Below are positions 12,676 through 26,069 of a stretch of 64,000 bases of DNA, piece by piece. Origin of the DNA: Mobula birostris (lineage: Eukaryota); contig NC_092372.1 in the NCBI RefSeq assembly GCF_030028105.1, positions 42,536,034 to 42,600,033 of the forward strand, written 5' to 3'. The notes beneath the pieces were generated by a model. The model made no database searches and was not told the DNA's origin. It was given only the letters and a program-made list of their open reading frames with translations. Each line of letters begins with the position of its first letter. The first letter of the stretch is position 1. Position numbers and translations under genes: made by a program.

Positions 12676-13518
12676 CAGTGCCCACTTTATTAGATACTTC
12701 CACTTCAAGATTCAATGTGTTGAGCACTTTTGTTCTTCTGCACACTACTATTGTGTGGTTATCTGAGGTACTGCCTCTTAACCTGTCAGCCTGAGCCAGT
12801 CTGGTCATTCTCCTCTAACCTCTCTCATTAGCAAGGTGTTTTCATTCACAGAACTGCCACTCACTGGCTGTTTCTTTTTTGTTTCTTATACCATTCTCTG
12901 TAAACTCTAGAGAATGTTCTGCATGAAAACCCAGGAAGTCAGGAGTTTCTGAAATACTCATACCACCCTGTATGGCACCAAAAATTATCCCATGGTGAAA
13001 GTCACTTCAATCACATTTCTTCACTGAATCACATTCTGATGTTTGGTCTGAACAACTGAACCTCTTGACCATATCTACATGCTTTTATGCATTGAGTTGC
13101 TTATAAGATGATGAGAGACATTGATCGTGTGGATAGTCAGAGGCCTTTTCCCAGGGCTGAAATGCCTAGCATGAGAGGGCAGTTTTAAGGTGCTTAGAAG
13201 TAGGTATAGAGGAGATGTCAGGGTTAAGTTGCTTATGCAGAGAGTGGTGAGTGCATAGAATGGGCTGCCAGCCACAGTGGTGGAGGCGGAAACAATAGGA
13301 TCTTTTAAGAGACTCCTGGACAGGTACATGGAGCTCAGAAAAATAGAGGGCTATGGGTAACCATAGGTAATTTCTAAGGTAAGGACATGTTCGGCACAGC
13401 TTTGTGGGCTGAAGGGCCTGTATTGTGCTGTAGGCTTTCTATATTTCTACATGATTGGCTGATCAGGTATTTGCATTAATGAGCAGGTGTATAGGTGTAA
13501 CTAATAAAGTGGCCACTG
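12676..13518. mobile_element. Tc1-like non-autonomous element containing a CR1 3' end (13105-13450, +)
   Basis: Terminal inverted repeats CAGTGCCCACTTTATTAG and CTAATAAAGTGGCCACTG; internal CR1 tail. Confidence 0.75.
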
Positions 13519-14453
13519 ATTGTATACAAAGTTCTGTGTGAAGTGTTTGAAATAGCTCTGGCTAATACATTAATTCAATTTTCAAAACAAAGTTAGTTGT
13601 AATGATCAGCTAATATTAAGCTGGTGACAAATTTTCATTAAAATATTTCTGTATCACATTGTAAACCTCCCCTTAAAGTGCTGAGTGAAATTATTAATTG
13701 TTATTGAAATAGTGAAACAAACAATGAAAGCCATGGGCAAGAATCAGTTCACACTTCTTTAACCTTTAATCACGGCATGCAATTGGACAGCAGGGTACAT
13801 GTTGATATAATTAGTAACAACTATGTGATTGTATTCCAGTCGTATTTGTTGCTGCAGCAGATTGATGGAAAGTTTTACCAGCAAGATTGAAGTAAACTGA
13901 TGAATAGTCAGGTGACAATCCCGGCCAGTCAGAAGTACAGTATTGACTTGTGCAGCAGCCCCCATGGGATCAGTTTGTCAAGCTCAGTCAGGAGTCCAGC
14001 AGATTCATCAATACTAATGAGCAGGCATCTAGTAAGTGGCAGATACAGTATTCCGTTAGACAATCTGAGCCATTAGAATAAACTTACATTCAATTATTTT
14101 CCTCTAATTTACTGTAGACTGACCTCATTTTAAAGTAATCCTCTTTAAAGTACATATTCTCTTCATGTACCCTTAAGTTTAATATTCATTTTTGACATCA
14201 TTTAGTCAGTATTCAGTGCAGGATCCCAATCCTGCAAATCCTCGATGTTATCAGAATATTTCAATGGAATTGACAATAGAATATAAAGTGGCAGGTTCCA
14301 AAATTTTAGCAAGATTTCTATGAAAACCTGATTGCCTGTCACTGAAATTTGTTGGACTTCACATTAGTCCTGAACGTGTCATGTGGCGACTCATAATTAG
14401 AATGGTTCCTTAAGTGAGAGATTATTGAATTCAGATTCACTGAGATGGCAAAG

Positions 14454-14473
14454 AACTGAACAAACCACATCCT
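14454..14473 (+). promoter_or_regulatory. Proximal promoter element of granzyme gene 1: ETS:RUNX composite
   Basis: AACTGAACAAACCACATCCT. ACCACATCCT is the reverse complement of AGGATGTGGT and starts 64 bp before the ATG; the same motif precedes gene 2. Confidence 0.65.
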
Positions 14474-14527
14474 TCTGAGTGTATGCTAAATTACAAGTAT
14501 CTTTGCTGTGATCAAAAGGAAGAGGCA

Positions 14528-14588
14528 ATGAAGTTACTGAAGTATGCTCTATATGTTCCATTGGTTTCCTTTTTCTTAATTCCAGCCT
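14528..14588 (+). CDS. gzmk: Granzyme K-like gene, exon 1 (signal peptide)
   Basis: MKLLKYALYVPLVSFFLIPA plus 1 nt, then GTAAGT donor. Phase 1 matches exon 2; same 61-nt size as gene 2 exon 1. Confidence 0.85.
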
Positions 14589-15102
14589 GTAAGTAACAAA
14601 ATAAGCACAACTTTAAAATATCACATTTGTTTTGGAATTTATTAAAATACTGTTTTCGTGGTATAATCTGTTCCTTATCATATTTTAAGACTACCAACCT
14701 ACATTTTTAATGTTCGATGAACTACAGTGATGACTACGTCTATTAATCTTCTTTCATGTTTACTTCCTTGTTTAGAGTATACCAAATAGCAAATTTAAGA
14801 AAATTTCTGAGAGAAATATATATTTTGCTTGTCTATTTTCTTGTAGGTCTAAATGATAATATTGAACATGATGAAGCAGTTTTGTTGCTTTTTTTGTCAT
14901 TGAGAAAGCTAACAATTTTCTTCATCACAGTGTAAATGTTACATCGGGCAGATGTGTGAGTCAAGCAATATCATAACCACCAAATGCAATGATCCAGTTT
15001 GGTGTACAGTACTTCATTCAGTTCTCATATTGTTATCTCCTCTGCACTGGAGAAAGGAAGCATGGGCTGGATGATAGTTTCAAACAAGATCTCTGTTCAG
15101 TC

Positions 15103-15412
15103 ATAGAAACATAGAAAATAGGTGCAGGAGTAGGCCATTCGGCCCTTCGAGCCTGCACCGCCATTCAGTATGATCATGACTGATCATCCAACTCAGAACC
15201 CTGTACCAGCCTTCCCCCCATACCCCCTGATCCCTTTAGCCACAAGGGCCATATCTAACTCCCTCTTAAATATAGCCAATGAACTGGCCTCAACTGTTTC
15301 CTGTGGCAGAGAATTCCACAGATTCACCACTCTCTGTGTGAAGAAGTTTTTCCTAATCTCGGTACTAAAAGGCTTCCCTTTTATCCTCAAACTGCGACCC
15401 CTCGTTCTGGAG
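15103..15412 (-). mobile_element. CR1 LINE 3' end (young copy)
   Basis: RKNFFTQRVVNLWNSLP with a (CATAGAAA)n tail; near-identical to 45105-45413. Confidence 0.9.
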
Positions 15413-17448
15413 TCCTCAAAGGTGCTTTCATATCTCCATCCCACTTTCAATCAGACCCCTTGTACTTTTACTCTAGTCTAACAAAGAGCAAGCCAGGCTC
15501 AACAAATCACATGTCATCGTCAGACTAGGCACTTCATAGCTGTTAGGATTTCATATTGAATTTCAGATTACAAGGCGTGTCCAGCTTGCTTATGATCTGG
15601 CCACTTCAGATAAAGAATCAATAACCCGGAAGATCAGTTCTTTCCTTTCCATAGTTGCTGATATATCTCATTGGTATTTCCAGCATTCTCTTCTAGATTT
15701 CCAGCAGATATTGCACTCTGCATTGCACATTTCCAGCATATTTGAATCTCTAACTCCTTTGCCCTCATATATCTATCTCCACCTCTTCCAAACAGTTTCA
15801 CAAACCTCTGCCATCTTCTCTTAGTCTGCACCGCCATTTACCTCATTCAGCCTCTCTGGGTCACAGACATTCCCTTTATTCTACTCCCCTTTCTTTTCAA
15901 TTTTCGGTTTTTACTAGTTTTGATGAAAACCCACCTCCTTGAAACATTAACCTTGTTTATCTGTCCACAATCGCTGCCTGACCAGTTCTTTCTACTATTA
16001 CAGAGATATTTTGTTTGATAAGATGTGAGCTCCTTGTGATTGTTTTCTGCATTATTGACTGCCTCCCCCCATCACTATCAACACACTGCACTGTACCACC
16101 ACTGGCTGGCTTTGAGACTATGTTAGACGGAAATCAAAGAGACCACAAGCAGCAGTGTGTAGGAATGGTTTCTGCTAAGGGAGCTGGAGAAATGTGACAC
16201 TCTGAAACAGGTAGCTTTCATCCAAAAAAACAGCCTCAACCAATTTTCCTGGTCATTCTTCATAGGGAATCATAAACACAAAAGATTCTGAGAATGCTGG
16301 AAATCCAGAGCAACGTATACTGGAGGAACAAAGAGTTGACGGTTTGGGCTCAGACCTGCTAACGTTTTGTATGTGTTACTCTAGAGAGTATCGCAGCCTG
16401 ATTCTTATCATCAAATTCACCTGACCTCTAACTTTGGCAGGAACTATATTTTAAATTTAATTATTATCCTTAGTGCATTCACAAGATTTGGCAATCAATG
16501 GCAGGATCTGAATTTATTGCTCATTTGCGCTAAAGAAGGCTGAGCTGACTTCTTGAGGAGTCACTGCCCATGTTGTGAACACTCCCAGAATAACGCATCT
16601 TCCATGCCAGCTGTTATGTGACGTGGAGGGAAACTTGTAAGTGGTCCTGTCCTTCTCCTGGGTGGTCAAAGCTGCAGACTTCTAATGCACTGTCAAAGAA
16701 GCTTGGGCAGGTCACTGTCGTGCATCGTGTACAAGGCACAGAATGGAGCCATGTTACTCCAGTTGTAGAGAGGCAAGACCTCCACTGATTGCCCAGCTCG
16801 AAGTGCCTTAAAGATTCTGACACCAAACCGTCTCTTCAAATCCCTGAAACAGGCTGATGCAGAGTCCATAACTTCTATTACTATGTGGGATGAGGGCAAA
16901 TAGCATTTGAGTCACTCAGCAAGCTGACTTGGAAATGTCTAATCAGTCCTCTATCAGCTCATTCTTTCTTTCTGTCTGAATCAGAACTAGTCATTTCGGC
17001 CTGCCATCATTTTGGCACAGTTTTTTTTGGTGTAGTTTGGTCTGCTGGGCATGTCTGACAGCCTTGACAGCGACGCCACATTATACAGACAGAAAATCAT
17101 AACCTGATCCTAACAGTTGCCCTGACTCCTACATCTACTTACTGAATCTCTTTCTTTTTCTGCTCCACCCAGCCTTCCCCATCTAATCTGCTACTGAAAA
17201 ATTACTCCTTTTGTCACCTTCTAGTTCTAGTGGAGTGTCCCTGGACCTGAACGCTAACTGTTCCCCTTTCCAGAGATGCTGTCTGACCTGTTGAATGTTT
17301 CCAGTTTTTATTTTATAGTTGAGCTGCTTTTGTTGAGGACAATTAGGGGTGGCTAATAAATATTCAACTTGTTAGTGGCAGTCACAGCTTAATTCTGAAT
17401 AAAGAAAAAGCATGAGAAATAAATTTTATTGCCTACTATTTATTACAG

Positions 17449-17608
17449 ATCATGGAGAAGAAATTATTGGAGGTCATGACGTTAAACCACATTCAAAACC
17501 TTACATGGCATCCCTTCAAAGGCTTAGCAAGCGAAGCAAGTATTTTCACTATTGTGGAGGAGCTTTGATCAGGCGTAACTGGATATTAACTGCAGCACAC
17601 TGTGAAAT
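17449..17608 (+). CDS. gzmk: Granzyme K-like gene, exon 2 (propeptide, IIGG, catalytic His57)
   Basis: cag|AT; [24 protein letters not shown]...[18 protein letters not shown]; AT|gtaag donor. Confidence 0.95.
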
Positions 17609-17764
17609 GTAAGCTACATTGTGTTTGATTATGAAATAAATGTTAACTTCCATAATGGGCCTAGCTCTGTTGCTCCATCAAATAGATCCAGCCATGGACT
17701 CCTAGGAGTAGGATTATTTTACAAGTTACCTTAATATTTTAATAAATTCAATAATTCACAAACT

Positions 17765-19175
17765 TCAAGCATCATGGTAGGGAAGTTATTGGAGAGGATT
17801 CTTGGGGATAGGACTTGTATGCTTTTGGGAAAAATACGACCTTTTTAGTGACAGCCAGCATGGCTTTATGTGGAGCAGGCCATTTCTTACAAAATTGATT
17901 GAGATTTTTGAGGAGATGATGAACATGTCTAACAAGGGTAAGGCAGTGAATGTTGGATTTTACTAAAGCATTTTGACAAGGTCTTCATGATAGACTGACT
18001 CAGATGAATTAACATGCATAGGATCTACAATAATATTTAGTTTGGATTCAAAATTGACCTGCCCATAAGAGACATGTTGTAGTGGTGGAAGGTTGCTATT
18101 CTGGCTCGAGGGCCGTGACCAGTAGCATTCCACAGGGACTGGTGCTGGGGTCTCTTTAAGGGGAGGGGGGAACGTCGACTCAGACCATGAGAGGCCTGTG
18201 TCGGGCATTTTCATGCCTTACAAGGCGCAGATTGGAGGTCTATGTGGGGTGCCACTCCTCGCACAGACTAGAGCAATGTGTGATTAAGTGCCTTGCTCAA
18301 GGGCACAAACACGCTGCCACAGCTGAGGCTCGAACTAGTGACCTTGAGGTAACTAGATGAATGCCTTAACCACTTGGCCACGTCCCCAACACAAAGGGGA
18401 ACATAAGGGGAAACCTCTTCACTCAGAGGGTCGTGAGGGTGTGGAACAAGCCACAAGTGGTGCATGCAAGCTCAATTTCACTGTTTAAGAGAAGTTTGGT
18501 TAGGTACATGGATGGCAGGGGTATGGCGGGCCATGGTCCTGATGCAGGTCAATAGGAGTAGGCAGCTTAAATGGTTTGGCACAGAACAGATGGCCAGAGG
18601 GTCTGTTTCCATAGTGTACTTTTCGATGACTCTATTAAGAATGCATATGGCACACCTGTCTTAATTGGTCAGGGAAATGAGTAAGGATGATGTACCTATA
18701 TAAAACTTCAGTTAGACAGCATTTGGGGCATTGAGTGCAACCCTGGTCACCCCATTGCAGGAAGGATGTGGAGCTCTGAAAAGGCTGCGGAAGTGGTTTA
18801 CTGGGATGCTGCTTGGATTAAAGGATATGAGCTATCAAGAGTGATTGGACAAACTTGCATTGTTTTCTCTGGAGGATCAGAGGCTGGGGGGGGGGGGGAG
18901 GTGGGAACACCCAAACAGAAGTTTAAAAGCTATGAGAGACATAGATAGAGTAGATAGAATCTTTTCCCCCAGAGTGGAAATGTCATACGAAAGGACGCAC
19001 TTTTAAGATGAGAGTGGAGAGTTTAAAGAAGTACAGGAAAGGCTTTTATATACAGACAGTGTCAGGTGCCTAGACTGGCTGCCTGGAGTTATGGTAGAAG
19101 GAGATAGAATAGTAGCATTTGAGAAGCTGTTAGATAGTCACATGAATATGCAAGACATTGGTGGTAAGTGGATCA
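17765..19175 (+). mobile_element. Decayed CR1 LINE fragments
   Basis: QHGF and KAFDKV motifs plus CR1 3'-end motifs; interrupted by a SINE at about 18160-18390. Confidence 0.7.
18160..18390 (-). mobile_element. tRNA-derived CORE-like SINE
   Basis: Reverse complement has A box GTGGCCAAGTGG, B box GTTCGAGCC and core GTGCCCTTGAGCAAGGCACTTAA. A second copy is at 60335-60560. Confidence 0.75.
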
Positions 19176-19233
19176 TGTGTTTTTTAAAGTTAAAATCTGT
19201 CCCAAGCCTTGTGGCCCATCAGGTCGGTGCTTA

Positions 19234-20385
19234 TTCAAGATTCAAAGATTCAAAACACTTTATTGTCATTCTAACCATACATCAGCTCTGCAGGGCAGAA
19301 TGAGACAGCGTTTCTCAGGAGCAGTGCAATCATAACATAACAAACGCAACACTAAATAATAAACATAACAATAAATAGTAAAACACAACAGCCACATGTC
19401 AGTTAAAATCAGTTATAAGTGTCCAGTGCAAGTTAAAAGTGTCCAAAGCAGAGTCAGGTGGAGCAGCTATTTAGCAGTCTGACTGCCTGTGGGACGAAGC
19501 TGTTCAGTAGCCTTGTGGTTTTAGTTTTGATGCTCCTGTAACGTTTGCCTGATGGCAGAAGAACAAACAGTTCATGGAGAGGGTGTGAGGCGTCTTTAAT
19601 GATGTACCGTGTCTTCTGGAGGCATTGACTCTGAAAGAGGTCTTGGACAGAAGGTAGGGAGACCCCAATAATCTTCTCTGCTCCCCTAACCATCCTCTGC
19701 AAGGCTTTTTTGTCGACAGCACTGCTGCTGGAGTACCAGGTTGTGATGCAAAAGGTCAGCACACTCTCAACCACACCTCTGTAGAATGTAGTTAAGATGT
19801 TAGTGGGGAGTGATAATTGTTTAAGCTTCCTCAGAAAGTGCAATCTCTGCTGGCCCGTTTCACAATTCCAGTGGTGTTCCTGGACCAGGTGAGATTGTCC
19901 AAGATCTGCACCCCAAGGAACTTGATGTTTTCCACTCTCTCCACTGTGGAGCCGCTGATGCTGAGGGGTGTGTGCTCAGGCTGAGACCGTCTGAAATCGA
20001 CGATAATCTCCTTGGTTTTGGTGACATTAAGCGTCAAGTTGTTATCCCTGCACCAGCTCTCTGGGTGTTTGACCTCCTCCCTGTACATAGTTTCATCATT
20101 TTTGCTGATGAGCCCCACCACTGTGGTATCATCTGCAAATTTAATGATCAGGTTCTCCTTGAAGCTGGCTGCACAGTCATGTGTTAGCAGTGTAAACAGC
20201 AATGGGCTAAGCACACAGCCTTGTGGGGATCCAGTGCTCAGTGTGATGGAGTCAGAGATGTTCCTGCCAACACAGACTGACTGTAGTCTCTCTGTCAAGA
20301 AATCCAGAATCCAGCAACACATGGCAGTGCTAAGGCCAATCAGCGACAGTTTCTCCACTAGTCTCTGCGGGATCATGGTATTGAA
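19234..20385 (-). mobile_element. Rex1/Babar LINE (second subfamily) inserted in a tRNA-SINE
   Basis: ORFs 19831-20376 ([20 protein letters not shown]) and 19454-19843; (TTCAAAGA)n tail. The host SINE continues at 20405-20660. Confidence 0.9.
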
Positions 20386-20982
20386 CGGATTCTGGCATAA
20401 GTGGCATTATGCTGGTTTCTATGGCGTGAAGCGACTGAGAGTACAGTACGAGACTCCCCTCCCACCCTCCGGATAGGACGCCAGTCTATCGCGAGGTTAA
20501 CCCCCAACATTTGCCAGTACCCATTTTCAGCTGGGTGGACTGGAGCAGTGTGTGGTTAAGTGCCTCGCTCAAAGACACAACACGTTGCTTTGGCCGAAAC
20601 TCGAACCCACAACCTTCAGATCGTGAGCCCAGCACTCTAACCACTTGGCCACGTGCCACACGGATCATGTATAGGCAGAAGAGATTGAGTTTACTTCAGC
20701 ATTGTGTTGAGTGCAGTGTGGGCTGAAGGGCTTTTTCCTATGCTGTACTCTTCCATAGGCATCAGTATAACCATCACTGGCAGAGCAGATGGCCAATCCT
20801 AAATCATCATCTGTGTGACATAAAATAGGAGTTAATTTACAATTTGTATAACTGTTAATTATTTTGCTCAACCTGGTATTTCCACTCTGATTTGGATCTA
20901 ATTGTTGTCAACCTGTTGGATTTCTGCAAAGCAATTTTTAATGGCAGCAAAATATTACTTTTCTATCCTTTTTTATTAATAG

Positions 20983-21145
20983 CCCACCTAAGGACATGAA
21001 AGTAAACCAGTCTCCTCAAGTGGTTCTTGGAGCACATACTCTTTCACCAAATGAGAGGAGTCAACAAACACGTTATATTCGCAAGCAGTTTCCACATCCA
21101 GAATACAGCAAACAAACTTATGAAAATGACATCATGCTGCTGCAA
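20983..21145 (+). CDS. gzmk: Granzyme K-like gene, exon 3 (catalytic Asp102)
   Basis: tag|C; PPKDMKVNQSPQVVLGAHTL...FPHPEYSKQTYENDIMLLQ|gtacgg. Confidence 0.92.
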
Positions 21146-21269
21146 GTACGGATCCGCTTTTTCTTTCATTATCACTTGCTGAGTTTAGAATATTTCATTT
21201 AAGTGATAGCCACGTTTCAATGTGAAGAAAAAATAGCTGTTGTAGGTCTTCAATCCCATGAATTAAACA

Positions 21270-21940
21270 CTTCAAAGTTTCAAAGGTACATTTAATGTCA
21301 GAGAAATGTATACAATATACATCCTGAAATGCTTTTTTTCACAGCCATCCCCAAAAACAGAGGAGTGCCCCAAAGAAAGAACAACAGTTAAATGTTAGAA
21401 CCCCAAAGTCCCCCCCAGCTCCCCTCCCTACTGCGCATAAATGTGAATAAAGCAACAGCAAAGACACAGACTTGCAGTTACCCCAAAGCCTTTGCGTTTC
21501 ACCTGGTTTCAACATACCACAGGCTCTCTCTCTCTCCCTAATAAGGGAGAAGGAGGTGTTTCTGTTTTCACAGCGAGTGGGGAGGCATAACAAAAAACTC
21601 GCTGGTTTATGATGTTAAAAGTCCATTACATCGCTTTTTTTGAGCCCTGTACCCAAAAACCTGGGCACACAGCCGCAGTAACCCCAACTTCCCCAACAAC
21701 ACATGGGTCTCCTGCTGTGACACCAACCCTTGATCCACCCGTCTCCAGACCCCCGAAATCCTAGGCTTCCAAATCCGAGCCGGACTCTTGGGCCAAGCCC
21801 TTGGCTTGCCGAACAACAGCCAGATGTGAAACCCCAAAAGCGCGTCTCATTCCCACAAAGAACCGAAGTCAGCATGTAACTCTAGGTCAGGGTCTTCAAA
21901 AGAACCCTGAAAGGGAAAAATAAAGATATTAAAGATGGAA
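21270..21940 (-). mobile_element. LINE 3'UTR-like repeat
   Basis: (TTCAAAG)n tail with an antisense-oriented poly(A)-signal region, like other LINE 3' ends in the window. Confidence 0.5.
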
Positions 21941-22974
21941 GTATTTAGAATGAAAAATAAATCTTCATCCACTAATAATCTTAGTTGCAAACATCTCATC
22001 AAACCATTTATTAATGCCATTATTAACTAAAGACTAAAATGTAAGAGCATTTCCCAAATGGAAACTCTGAATCAAGTTTTCATGATCTTCCAAAAGATCA
22101 ACCAATAGTCTAAATCATTTATCCTTTCACCCACTTTGACATCACCCTTACAAAGACATACCTGTTTCAAGTCACACATCTCCAGCATGCTTTGTACAGG
22201 CTCGATCAGCAAAATAATTCACCAATAATATCCAATTCTATGCACTAAACCAACACTTAGCATCCAAGAGCAATTTGAGCTCAACCCAAGCAGCAACCCA
22301 GCAGAAATGAGAGGGTTTGTTTTAAGCTAGGCCCCCAGGAGGAAACCAAGCACCTTGGGTTGCTCACCCATTTTACTTGATACCCTATTTTATTTTCCAA
22401 AGAATACTCTGAAGAATGAAATCAAATAAAGCAGGCAGCCAATTTAAATCAAGTTTTCCACCAGTTGACTTAGAAAAAATTGGCAGGAGTCAATAAATAT
22501 TTTGATGGTAGCTTAAAAAAATGTGTTGGTAGAAGCAAGCAAGAGGAAAACAAAAAACTCATAACATTTTAAAGTAAATGTATAAAATAATAAAAATAAT
22601 AACAAACCCACCTTTTATCCTCTATAAATGTCCAATGGCCCGTCAGTTGCAACTGAGGTCTTGCACCGCAGTCAAGCTAAGGTTTTATACATTTAACAAA
22701 TTAGTTATTGCCCTATTACATGGAATATCATGTGCATTTACTGGCCTTGGTTTGCTGTCTATATACATTCACTAATGTAATTGGCTGCTCTTCTCAGTTC
22801 CTAATATCACTTTTGCTGATAGCAAGGAGCCTGAAGAGTATTATCTTATAGCAACAAATGATGAGGAAGGAAACTTCCACGCCACAACTATCATTGTCTA
22901 CAAGGTTTATTTTTTGAAAAGATCAGTGCTAGTTGCCATCATTTCAGAAAACCCAGTCTTTGGTTTGTGAGTAA

Positions 22975-23292
22975 AACCCCCATCACCCTGGACATGCCCT
23001 CTTCTCATTGCTACCATCAAGGAAGACAGAGAGAAGCCTGCAGACGCACTCAATGTTTCAGGAAAATCTTCTTCTCGTCTGTTATCAGATTTCTGAATGG
23101 ACAATGAACCCATGAACACTACCCCTGTCCTTCTTTCCCTCTCTTTCCACACTATGCATTTTATATATATATATAAAATTGCAATATATATATTGCAATT
23201 TATAGTTTTATTATTGTGTATTGCAAAGTATTGCTGCCGCAAAACAACAAATTTCATGACCAATGCCAGTGATATTAAAGCTGATTCTGATT
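22975..23292 (+). mobile_element. Rex1-type LINE 3' end
   Basis: HHPGHALFSLLPSR motif followed by ATTAAA and a CTGATT tail. Confidence 0.7.
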
Positions 23293-23391
23293 TTGTAAAA
23301 AGTTTTAATGACAGGCATGCATTCGTATAACAAACTCCATGTCACAACATGCCTATGAGTGAATGATATATCTCTTAAATTCCCATTTCAG

Positions 23392-23658
23392 CTTAAGGAA
23401 GCAGTGACTCTGAACAAGTTTGTGGATGTTCTGAACCTGCCTAACTCGGGAAAAGATGCGAAAGCTGGAGATAGTTGTAACGTTGCAGGCTGGGGGACTA
23501 CTAGTGTTGGAAAACAACAGTTGCCAAAGGTGCTGCAGGAAGTAAATGTAACTATCATAGACAGGAATCTGTGTTCTAAATATTACACCTACCACCCTGC
23601 AATAACTACAGATGTGCTCTGTGCTGGTGACAAAAAAGGAGGCAAAGATTCCTGCCAG
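23392..23658 (+). CDS. gzmk: Granzyme K-like gene, exon 4 (Asp189)
   Basis: cag|LKEAVTLNKFV...CNVAGWG...LCAGDKKGGKDSCQ|gtaagt; 267 nt, phase 0-0. Confidence 0.95.
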
Positions 23659-24825
23659 GTAAGTATATACATGAGGTGAAAATAATTCTAAAATTCTAGA
23701 TTTCTAGGTAACAGGAGACAAACTGAGAAATCCTTCTTACAAATATTGTTGTGTTCAACATGACTTTGTGGTAAAAGCAGTAGGGCAAATGTTTTTTCCA
23801 CACTCAGGCTGTTCCTCCTAGAACAGTTTTGTCATGTGTGTTGGATAGAAGCCAACCCGTCTACCAATCAGGTTTCGATGCTACATTCCCAAAGGAGTCA
23901 AAAACAACATTCAGGAAAGCAAGAAATAAAATATTTATTCACCCTCATCATTTGGGACATCCTATGTACAGTATGTGACTGGTTTTAACTGCTGTTAAAA
24001 CAAATTAATACTAGAAGAGAAGTAATCATTCCTCACTGTCACCATATGTACGCCACAACAGGGTTTGCACGGCAAGATTTGCCAATCTGTAATTTTGCTT
24101 TTCCTTCAGGATTTAAACTAACTCATGAAACTTGTTTGTGACCACAGCAAACCGTGGACAGCTATAATGTTATAAGCACCTCAAAAGTATTCAGTATGGG
24201 ATGTTCAGCATAAAGAAGCCATTCTTGGACAAGACAGTATGTACAGTCTCTTTGTAACTGGATCTTGGTCTTCTTGACAGAAAGACCCCAGTCAGTCTGA
24301 GTTGGCAGCAACATCTCAAGCTCCATCACACTGAGCCCCAGGGGACTGTGTAATCGGCCCACTGCTGTTCATCCCGAGCCCCACACCCCTGTACTGCTTC
24401 CTCCCACCTGCCTAGCAGCAGTTCTTAAAAACAACCTCTGCATCGCAGTGGAGGCACCGGCAGAGGCCGGGGATTTATGCCAGTGTCACAGCACGTCAGC
24501 ACACAGCAGTGAGGAGTCAAGCGGTTCACGCTGGCTTCACAGTCCAGCAGCATCATTTATAAAATACCATAACGACCCCTTTTAGAGCTGGTTCCTCTTG
24601 CACTCTTTTGGCTAGGAATGCATAATCAACACTAAGTGAGGTATCATACGGAGGAATGGGAACCGTACCTGGCCTCTTTGATCTCAAGACTTGGACAGAA
24701 CATAGGTCTGGTGATCAATTCCCTCATTAGGGATAGATGAGTTGTTTAAATATTGTAACAGCTTTTCCTAGTTGGCTGATTACAGGGACCAGGATGGATG
24801 AACATGCTATTGGAGGCTTGGATAC

Positions 24826-25310
24826 CTATATAACCATATAACAATTACAGCACGGAAACAGGCCATCTCAGCCCTTCTAGTCCATACCCAACTCTTACTC
24901 TCACTTAGTCCCATCGACCTGCACTCAGCCCATAACCCTCCATTCCTTCCCTGTCCATATACCTATCCAATTTAACTTTAAATGTCACCATCAAACCTGC
25001 CTCAACCACTTCTGCTGGAAGCTCGTTCCACACAGCTACCACTCTCTAAGTAAAGAAGTTCCCCCTCATGTTACCCCTAAACTTTTGCCCTTTAACTCTC
25101 AACTCATGTCCTCTTGTTTGAATCTCCCCCACTCTCAATAGAAGAAGCCTATCAACGTCAACTCTATCTATTCCCCTCATAATTTTAAATACCTCTATCA
25201 AGTCCCCCCTCAACCTTCTACGCTCCAAAGAATAAAGACCCAACTTGTTCAACCTTTCTCTGTAACTGAGGAGATGAAACCCAGGTAACATTCTCGTAAA
25301 TCTTCTCTCC
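24826..25310 (-). mobile_element. CR1 LINE 3' end
   Basis: YRERLNKLGLYSLERRRLRGDLIEVFKI with an (ACCATATA)n tail. Confidence 0.9.
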
Positions 25311-25505
25311 TAATCAGTCCTTCTCACTTATCTATATGAGCTACAACCCAATAATTAATCTGGCCATTATTTGCATGATGAACTCAATGGGTCATTTTTA
25401 TCCATCATTTATTCTTTTTCCCAATTTACCTTGTTACGTGAGGCAATTTGTTTCCACAGTGACCCCGACACAGCTGATGAGAATCTTCTCTTACTCTCAT
25501 TTCAG

Positions 25506-25655
25506 GGAGATTCAGGGGGTCCACTGGTATGCAAGGGAAAATTCAGTGGAATTGTTTCTTTCGGATGCAAGTGTGGAGTACCCCACAAGCCAGGCGTTTA
25601 TACACGGCTCTCAGAAAAATATCTCTCCTGGATTAAGAACATCATTTCAAAATGA
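25506..25655 (+). CDS. gzmk: Granzyme K-like gene, exon 5 (catalytic Ser195, stop)
   Basis: cag|[49 protein letters not shown]. Spliced CDS is 801 nt. Confidence 0.96.
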   Translation, partial: GDSGGPLVCKGKFSGIVSFGCKCGVPHKPGVYTRLSEKYLSWIKNIISK

Positions 25656-26069
25656 AGTTTTCAGTGATATTCTAAATTGTTATAACGCTTGCAATAATGT
25701 CTTAGAGTCTAGTTATGTGTTTTTTTTTCTGCAGAAATGTTATTTGATAGTGATTATAGTGGTGCTGAATGATTTAAGTCACCAGGGTTAGTAAAACAGG
25801 CACCCCGGCACTAACAATCCGTAGACCCAAGCTTGAATCCCATGACAGCAACAGTGGAATTTAAATTCAGTTAATGACATTTAGGAGAGGTTAAAAAAAA
25901 TACTGATTAATCTGAGTGCTGATGATCACTTATCACTGGATTGTCATTGAAACCCATCTGCTGCCCTTCTGGGAGAGCAGATCCACCATTCTCTTACTCA
26001 TTTTGACTAACGTAACTCCAGGCACGTAGTTGGCTCCTGACTCAACACATCTTTCATTTGTTCCTATTA

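Noticed and set aside
5850-14400. Exons of a neighbouring gene such as ESM1 or a third granzyme
   Set aside because: No recognisable coding motifs with splice sites found by eye; cannot be fully excluded without a homology search.
17412-17448. ORF-track start [12 protein letters not shown] upstream of exon 2 as an alternative N-terminus
   Set aside because: It overlaps the intron acceptor region and is a poor signal peptide; a proper phase-compatible exon 1 exists at 14528.
18340-18390. tRNA gene (also near 20600-20660, 26310-26380 and 60335-60400)
   Set aside because: Only SINE heads with A/B boxes fused to a SINE core; no complete cloverleaf.
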